Origin: an uncultured Pelagibacteraceae bacterium
GTDB taxonomy: Bacteria > Pseudomonadota > Alphaproteobacteria > Pelagibacterales > Pelagibacteraceae
Assembly: GCA_902559635.1 (NCBI GenBank)
Contig: CACEIY010000003.1
Span: 1,027 to 65,026 of the forward strand
Direction: 5' to 3'
DNA: 64,000 nt
Positions within the stretch are counted from its first letter, which is position 1. Each line of letters begins with the position of its first letter. The notes below the pieces were generated by a model that saw only the letters and a program-made list of their open reading frames with translations, had not been told where the DNA came from and did not search any database. The position numbers and the translations under genes were made by a program. This document shows, piece after piece, positions 58,265-64,000 of the stretch.

Positions 58265-59064
58265 TTTAATACAGACATTGGATCTAAACGAGTTTGAAAC
58301 CAATTTACTCTAAAATCTAAATGAGGTCCTGTTGATCTGCCAGTTGACCCAACTGTTCCAATTATATCACCTTGTAATATTTCATCGCCTACTTTTACAT
58401 TAAGTGTAGCTAGATGAGAATAAATTGTTGAGATCCCATGACCATGATCCATAATAATAGTTCCACCAGTATAATATAAATCTGGTTCAGCCATAGTAAT
58501 AATTCCTGTTGCTGAAGATTTAATATTTGTTCCTTTCTTAGCAGCAATATCTATTCCGTAATGAGGCCATTTAGGTTTACCATTTAATATTCTTTGACTT
58601 CCATAAACACCACTAATGATACCTTCTACAGGCATAATGAATTGATTTTTAAAAAAGGGTAAATCAGAATTAATTGCTCTTGCTTCACCAATCTTATTAT
58701 TTTCTTCTTTAATTCTTTTATAAACTGATTCAGGAGGAGTTACTTTACTTTCTTCTAGACCATCTATTCTTTGAATATTGTATTTTCGTTTAAGAACTTT
58801 TTTTATTATTTTTTCTCTTTTTTCATTAGTGATTTTTGTAATTGTTACATCAAATTTTCTATCTCTATCAATTCCAAAAACAAAATAACCATCTTTAGAA
58901 ACTCTTATTTCTTTTTTATCTATAATTATTTTAGCTGACGGATCAGTTATCCCAATTATGTAATGACCTTGTAAGAATTTACCTTTAAATTCAATAGCAT
59001 TTAGATGGGTTGATATAAAAAAGATTATTAAAAAAAATAATCTAGATATTATTTTGCAGTCCAT
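58261..59064 (-). CDS. M23 family metallopeptidase
   Basis: 'HYGIDIA', 'YSHL', 'GSTGRSTGPHLD'. Confidence 0.9.
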   Translation of the reverse strand: MDCKIISRLFFLIIFFISTHLNAIEFKGKFLQGHYIIGITDPSAKIIIDKKEIRVSKDGYFVFGIDRDRKFDVTITKITNEKREKIIKKVLKRKYNIQRIDGLEESKVTPPESVYKRIKEENNKIGEARAINSDLPFFKNQFIMPVEGIISGVYGSQRILNGKPKWPHYGIDIAAKKGTNIKSSATGIITMAEPDLYYTGGTIIMDHGHGISTIYSHLATLNVKVGDEILQGDIIGTVGSTGRSTGPHLDFRVNWFQTRLDPMSVLN

Positions 59065-59816
59065 CCACCATCAACTAATAATGAAGTTCCAGTAATCATA
59101 GATGCTGCATCTGATGCTAGAAAGACCACAGCAGTAGCAACATCAGATAATTCAGCAAATCTTCCAAGAGGTATATTTCCTAAAACTTCTCGTTTAAATT
59201 TTTTACTTTTTAAAAATTTACTAGTCATAGGTGTTACAACAAATGTAGGACATATTGTGTTCACTCTTATATTATATTTTGCAAGATCAATGGACATACC
59301 TTTTGTAAGTCCTTCTAATCCAAATTTTGTCATATTATACACACTTCTTATCGGACCTCCTACATGACCCATTTGTGATGACATATTTATTATTGCTCCA
59401 CCAACTTTTTTTCTGCTTTTTGATTTTATCATTTTAAGTGCACATAATTGGGCCAGATTAAAAGTTGCTATTGTGTTTATTTTAACAAGGTATTCCATAT
59501 TTTTAGTTTTAACTTTTGTGAAATGTTCTGGAATATTATTTCCAGCATTATTTACTAAAATATCTATTTTTACTTGTTTATTTATAATTTTTTTAATTTC
59601 ATTATAGTTAGTAATATCACAAACATAAGACTTGCATTTGGATTTTATTTTTTTTATTTTTCTTGAAACTTCATCAAGGTCTTTTTGAGTTCTACTTATT
59701 ATAACAAGATTTGCTCCAGCTTCTGCTAAAGCAATAGCACAAGCTCTTCCTAGCCCTTTCCCAGCTCCAGTAACAACAGCTGTTTTGTTTTTAATGTTAT
59801 ATTTTTTTAAATACAT
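59049..59816 (-). CDS. Short-chain dehydrogenase, HpsO-like (candidate DHPS 2-dehydrogenase)
   Basis: TGAGKGLG, NNAG, 'SSQMGHVGG..RSVY.MTK', 'RVNTICPTF', 'VDGGWTA'; sulfonate-gene neighbourhood. Confidence 0.65.
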   Translation of the reverse strand: MYLKKYNIKNKTAVVTGAGKGLGRACAIALAEAGANLVIISRTQKDLDEVSRKIKKIKSKCKSYVCDITNYNEIKKIINKQVKIDILVNNAGNNIPEHFTKVKTKNMEYLVKINTIATFNLAQLCALKMIKSKSRKKVGGAIINMSSQMGHVGGPIRSVYNMTKFGLEGLTKGMSIDLAKYNIRVNTICPTFVVTPMTSKFLKSKKFKREVLGNIPLGRFAELSDVATAVVFLASDAASMITGTSLLVDGGWTAK

Positions 59817-59819
59817 AAT

Positions 59820-60398
59820 TTAAATAAACAGTTTTATATCAGTATAAATCAATTCAATAGCAACAACTAGTATTGCTATTAATCCAAGCCAAGCTATCCA
59901 TTTATATTTCTTAATCCAACCTGAAATTAAAGTAGCTCCTACAGCCATAATCGCTATTGATAAGAGCAACCCAAATATTAATAATAAATAATGATCTTTA
60001 GCAGCTCCAGCTACACCCAAAACATTATCTAAGCTCATAGTAAAATCAGCAATCAACACAGTAGTTATAGCTTTAAAAAAGCTTGAATTATCTACTTTTA
60101 TATTATCATAATTTTCTGTTTGTTTTTTGATTACATCTACATAAAGTTTATAAACAATGTAAAGTAGAGCTATTCCACCAATTAATCTTAATCCTTTGAT
60201 TTGTAAGAGATAAGCAGTTAATAAAGTAAGTATTATTCTCAAAATAATTGCACCACTGATACCCCAAAATATTATTTTTTTTCTTTGTTCAGAAGGAAAT
60301 CGAGATGCAACCATTCCTATAATAATTGCATTATCTCCTGCTAAAACTAAATCTATTAAAATTATTTGGATAAATATTACGATTTGTTCAGATAACAT
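59820..60398 (-). CDS. TerC/YjbE-family membrane protein
   Basis: 'DLVLAGDNAIII', 'ADFTMSLDNVLGVAGAA'. Confidence 0.9.
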   Translation of the reverse strand: MLSEQIVIFIQIILIDLVLAGDNAIIIGMVASRFPSEQRKKIIFWGISGAIILRIILTLLTAYLLQIKGLRLIGGIALLYIVYKLYVDVIKKQTENYDNIKVDNSSFFKAITTVLIADFTMSLDNVLGVAGAAKDHYLLLIFGLLLSIAIMAVGATLISGWIKKYKWIAWLGLIAILVVAIELIYTDIKLFI

Positions 60399-62008
60399 TA
60401 TTCGTTCAATATCATATCTGCACCCTTTTCAGCAATCATAATTGTTGGAGCGTTAGTATTGCCTGATGTAATATTAGGCATTATTGAAGCATCAATTATT
60501 CTTAAGTTTTGTATTCCTCTTGCTTTTAAAGAATTATCTACAACAGCCATATCATCATTTCCCATCTTACAAGTTCCTACAGGATGAAAAATTGTTTGGG
60601 TAAAATCTGAGCCAGCTTTAACCAATTCTTCATCATCTGTTATATGAACACCAGGCCTATATTCTTCAGGATTATATTTTTTAAATGTTTCAGTTTCTAA
60701 CATGATTTTTCTAACAATTTTTAAACCTTGAGCAGCAACTTTTCTATCTTCATCAGTTGATAGATAATTCATTTTTATTTTTGGATAAATTCTACTATCA
60801 TTACTAACAATGTTTATTTCACCTCTACTAGTAGGTCTTATATTTGCGACAGTAGGAGTAATTCCTTCAAAATCATGCATAGGAGTGATACCCAAAATAT
60901 CAGTACTTACGGGTGAAACATGGAATTGTAAATTTGGTGTTGCTCTTGATGAATCACTTTTAACGAATCCACATACTTGACTTGCACCCATGGTTACTGG
61001 TCCACTTTGATTTACTATATATTCTAAACCCATTAAAAATCTTCCAAATAAACTTTCAACTTTTCTATTTAACGATTTTAAATTTTTAACTTTATAGACT
61101 GGTCTGAACATTAAATGATCTTGTAGATTTTTTCCAACTCCTTTAGACTCATGAACAACTTCAATTCCTAAATTTTTAAGTTTATTACTTTCCCCAATTC
61201 CAGAAACTTGAAGAATATGAGGAGATCCAATTGATCCTGCAGATAAAATTACCTCTTTATTTGCATTAGCTGTATATAATTTATCATCAATATAGTAGCT
61301 AACTCCTTTAGCTGTTTTTTCTTCAAAATTTATTTTCTGAACGTGAGCATTTACAACAATCTTTAAATTGGGTCTTTTTTTAACAGGATTTAAATATCCT
61401 TTAGCAGCACTACATCTTAATTTTAATCCTGGTTTATTAAAACTAGTAGTAAATTGAAAATAACCAACTCCAAAATTATCTCCAGTATTAAAATCACCCG
61501 TTTTTGGAATTCCAAATTCTTCAGCTGCATTTTGAAACTCATCTAATATTTTTAAATTTATTTTTTTATTAGCAACTGTAATTGGACCACTATTATTATG
61601 ATATTCACTTTTACCCAATTCATTATTTTCAGATTTTAGAAAATAAGGCAAAACATCACTCCATCCCCAACCAGTATTACCTAATTGTCTCCATATATCG
61701 TAATCTTCTTTTTGACCTCTAATCCACAAAAGTCCATTAATTGATGAACTTCCCCCTAAAGTTTTACCTCTTGGATATCTTATTGATCTATTATTCATAG
61801 TCTCATCTGGTTCAGTTTTAAAACACCAGTCGACTTTAGGATTATGCATGGTTTTGAAATAGCCAACAGGAACATGTATCCAGGGATAGGTATCCTTTCC
61901 TCCTGCTTCTAAAAGTAAAATTTTATTTTTTGGATTTTCCGAAAGTCTATTTGCTAAAACACATCCTGCAGAACCTGCACCAATTATAATAAAATCAAAA
62001 TTTTCCAT
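60398..62008 (-). CDS. GMC oxidoreductase (BetA-like; candidate isethionate dehydrogenase IseJ)
   Basis: 'GAGSAGCVLANRLS', 'PRGKTLGGSSSING', 'NLQDH', 'FHPVGTCKMG', 'SGNTNAPTIMIAEK'. Confidence 0.85.
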   Translation of the reverse strand: MENFDFIIIGAGSAGCVLANRLSENPKNKILLLEAGGKDTYPWIHVPVGYFKTMHNPKVDWCFKTEPDETMNNRSIRYPRGKTLGGSSSINGLLWIRGQKEDYDIWRQLGNTGWGWSDVLPYFLKSENNELGKSEYHNNSGPITVANKKINLKILDEFQNAAEEFGIPKTGDFNTGDNFGVGYFQFTTSFNKPGLKLRCSAAKGYLNPVKKRPNLKIVVNAHVQKINFEEKTAKGVSYYIDDKLYTANANKEVILSAGSIGSPHILQVSGIGESNKLKNLGIEVVHESKGVGKNLQDHLMFRPVYKVKNLKSLNRKVESLFGRFLMGLEYIVNQSGPVTMGASQVCGFVKSDSSRATPNLQFHVSPVSTDILGITPMHDFEGITPTVANIRPTSRGEINIVSNDSRIYPKIKMNYLSTDEDRKVAAQGLKIVRKIMLETETFKKYNPEEYRPGVHITDDEELVKAGSDFTQTIFHPVGTCKMGNDDMAVVDNSLKARGIQNLRIIDASIMPNITSGNTNAPTIMIAEKGADMILNE

Positions 62009-62140
62009 TACTAGTTGAATAGTTTTTTTTATAATTCTTTTAAATGTTATTTACACTCATAATGCTCAATTGTCACTTGTGTCAGCTTTATTTTTCTGAT
62101 TGTATGCCTTCGTTAAATTTAACTAACAAGAGGAAAAATA

Positions 62141-63235
62141 ATGAAAAAAATCATTTCAATGTTATTTGCAACTATTTTAGTACTTGGATTTACATCTAGT
62201 GCGAATGCTGCAAAGACACTTAAATGTCAAACAGTCCTTAACACAAAAGCTGATGAAGTTAAGATGTTAAAAGACTTTACAGATACAGTTACAACTTTAA
62301 CTGGTGGATCTCTTAAATTTGAAATCTTACCAGCTGGAGCAGTAGTGGGTGTTAAAGAAACTTTAGACGCAGTTGACAAAGGTCTGATTGATTGTGGTTT
62401 CGCATGGACACACTATTGGTCAGGAGATCACCCTGCAGCTATGTTATTTGGTTCGCCAGTAGCTGGTGGTGGTGTAGGTATTGATAATATCGCTTTCTTA
62501 TCATGGTTTCAATATGGTGGTGGTAAAGAATTATATGACCAACTTTGGAAAGAAATGGGAAGAGATATTAAAGGATTTATGATTCAACCAGTTGGACCAG
62601 AAGCTTTAGGATGGTTTCCAAAACCAATTAAAGATATGGCTGACTTTAGAAAATATAAATTCAGAACTCCTCCAGGAATTCCAGGACAAACTTATAAAGA
62701 CATTGGTATAGCATCTGTTGCTATGGGTGGTGGAGATATTCTACCAGCTCTAGAAGCAGGAACTATTGATGCTGCTGAATGGTGTTGTCCAAAACCAGAC
62801 TTAACATTTGGTTTCCAAAAAGTATTAAAGCACTACTATTTACAAGGTTTACACCAAGTAGTGGTAAATGCTGACTTTTATATTACTGGAAAAACTTATA
62901 ATGCTATGAGTGATCATGAGAAGAAGTCTCTTGAGGTTGCAGCTAATGCTTCATTAGCTAAATCTTTAAGTTACAGAATCTATGAAAACGGAAAAGCTTT
63001 ACAAGAGTTAACTACTAAACATGGAGTAATTTTAGAAGATACACCTTCTGATTATTTCACAGAGTATATGGCTGCTGCAAAAGCATCTTTAAATAAAAAT
63101 GCTGCAGAGAACAAATTCTTCAACGAAGTTTATAATTCTATGAAAGAATTTGCTGATATAGCTGTTCCATTCTGGAGTGGTGCTCAAATGTCTAATGCGA
63201 AGCTAGGAATGGCTCACGCAGCTACATTAAAGTAA
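62141..63235 (+). CDS. TRAP solute-binding protein DctP (anion-binding Arg retained)
   Basis: Signal peptide, 'LPAGAVVG', 'KFRTPPG', 'GTIDAAEW'; RBS GAGG. Confidence 0.9.
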   Translation: MKKIISMLFATILVLGFTSSANAAKTLKCQTVLNTKADEVKMLKDFTDTVTTLTGGSLKFEILPAGAVVGVKETLDAVDKGLIDCGFAWTHYWSGDHPAAMLFGSPVAGGGVGIDNIAFLSWFQYGGGKELYDQLWKEMGRDIKGFMIQPVGPEALGWFPKPIKDMADFRKYKFRTPPGIPGQTYKDIGIASVAMGGGDILPALEAGTIDAAEWCCPKPDLTFGFQKVLKHYYLQGLHQVVVNADFYITGKTYNAMSDHEKKSLEVAANASLAKSLSYRIYENGKALQELTTKHGVILEDTPSDYFTEYMAAAKASLNKNAAENKFFNEVYNSMKEFADIAVPFWSGAQMSNAKLGMAHAATLK

Positions 63236-63256
63236 TCAGTAATTAATCTTGATTTG

Positions 63257-63293
63257 ATTAGAGCGGACTTTTACAGTCCGCTCTAATTTTTTT
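63257..63293 (+). terminator. Intrinsic terminator/attenuating hairpin after dctP
   Basis: ATTAGAGCGGACT-TTTAC-AGTCCGCTCTAAT followed by T-tract. Confidence 0.85.
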
Positions 63294-63305
63294 AACTAAA
63301 ATTTT

Positions 63306-63920
63306 ATGGCAGACGAACCAAGTAAATTAGATATTTCAGATGAAATGATTGCCGAGAGGCGAGGAGGTTCAGGAAAAATGCCAGATGATATGCCATTATG
63401 GATGGCAAAATCTATTGTAAATATTGATAAATTTAGCAAGTGGATTGGCAATATTGTTTGCTGGATATTAATACCACTTATTTTTGCAATGACTTACGAG
63501 GTCCTTGCAAGAAAATTATTTTTAGCTCCAACGATTTGGGCTTATGATATTAGTCGTTTTTTATATGGAGCGCTTTTCATGTTAGGTGCTGGTTATGCTC
63601 TTTCTAGAGGAGTTCATATAAGAGCTGATTTTTTATATAGAAATTTTAAAATTAAAAATCAAGGCCTAATAGATTTTTGGTTATATCTTTTATTTTATTT
63701 TCCAGGTTTGATTGTTTTTCTTTATATGACAATAGGATATGTAGGAGAGTCTATCCAAAGAGGAGAGAGGGGCATGGATACTACTTGGATGCCCTACATG
63801 TGGCCAATAAAAACTTGTTTATTAATTGGTATTATATTTTTACTTATCCAAGGTATCTCCGAATTATTCAAAAGTTATTGGGCAGCAAAAAAAGGTGAAT
63901 GGCCTGGAGCCTCTAAATGA
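63306..63920 (+). CDS. TRAP small permease DctQ
   Basis: 'YEVLAR', 'APTIWAYD', 'HIRADF'. Confidence 0.9.
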   Translation: MADEPSKLDISDEMIAERRGGSGKMPDDMPLWMAKSIVNIDKFSKWIGNIVCWILIPLIFAMTYEVLARKLFLAPTIWAYDISRFLYGALFMLGAGYALSRGVHIRADFLYRNFKIKNQGLIDFWLYLLFYFPGLIVFLYMTIGYVGESIQRGERGMDTTWMPYMWPIKTCLLIGIIFLLIQGISELFKSYWAAKKGEWPGASK

Positions 63921-64000
63921 TAGCTGAGTTCATAGACCCTGCTATTTTAGGTTTTATACTTGTAGGAGTAATGCTTTTTGCAATCTTTGTAGGATTTCCT
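63917..64000 (+). CDS. TRAP large permease DctM, N-terminus (truncated by window end)
   Basis: ATGA overlap with dctQ; MIAEFIDPAILGFILVGVMLFAIFVGFP. Confidence 0.75.
   Translation, partial: MIAEFIDPAILGFILVGVMLFAIFVGFP

Noticed and set aside
62070-62086. Pho-box-like TGTCA repeats upstream of the TRAP binding protein
   Set aside because: Repeats are 9 nt apart, not 11, and the downstream genes are not phosphate related.
1-64000. CRISPR arrays, IS elements, prophage, tRNA/rRNA genes
   Set aside because: No regularly spaced repeats, transposase/integrase/phage structural ORFs or tRNA/rRNA-like segments were seen, and the intergenic gaps are short and mostly accounted for.

Overview
Very AT-rich, gene-dense window with short intergenic spacers. 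Gene content (sfuABC-type Fe(III) ABC transporter, TPP-riboswitch/thiV symporter, aceA with a RamB/ScfR regulator, aprMBA, suyAB, xsc) points to a SAR11/Pelagibacter-type marine alphaproteobacterium; this is an inference from content, not a database match. No rRNA, tRNA, CRISPR array, IS element or prophage is evident. Main modules: (1) Fur-boxed iron uptake operon with an unannotated CxxCxxxC microprotein; (2) copper/persulfide genes and a TPP-like riboswitch with a degenerate pyrophosphate arm; (3) a roughly 16-kb block whose pathways could converge on glyoxylate/glycine: isocitrate lyase, allantoin catabolism (puuE-alc-allA plus NCS1 permease), and an amine-type TRAP transporter with ALDH/Fe-ADH/GATase resembling the gamma-glutamyl ethanolamine-to-glycine pathway; (4) housekeeping genes (rseP, HU, amt, recX, cysQ, mnmA, metC, pab-like trio) including an unannotated 27-aa Lys/Arg-rich peptide gene with a strong RBS; (5) an organosulfonate region (HIT-aprMBA, tauE, suyAB, xsc, hpsO-like SDR, TerC plus GMC oxidoreductase plus TRAP resembling isethionate clusters) interrupted by an SGNH-sxtJ-sxtK-carbamoyltransferase-methyltransferase cassette. 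Eight small ORFs missing from the supplied track were read by hand.
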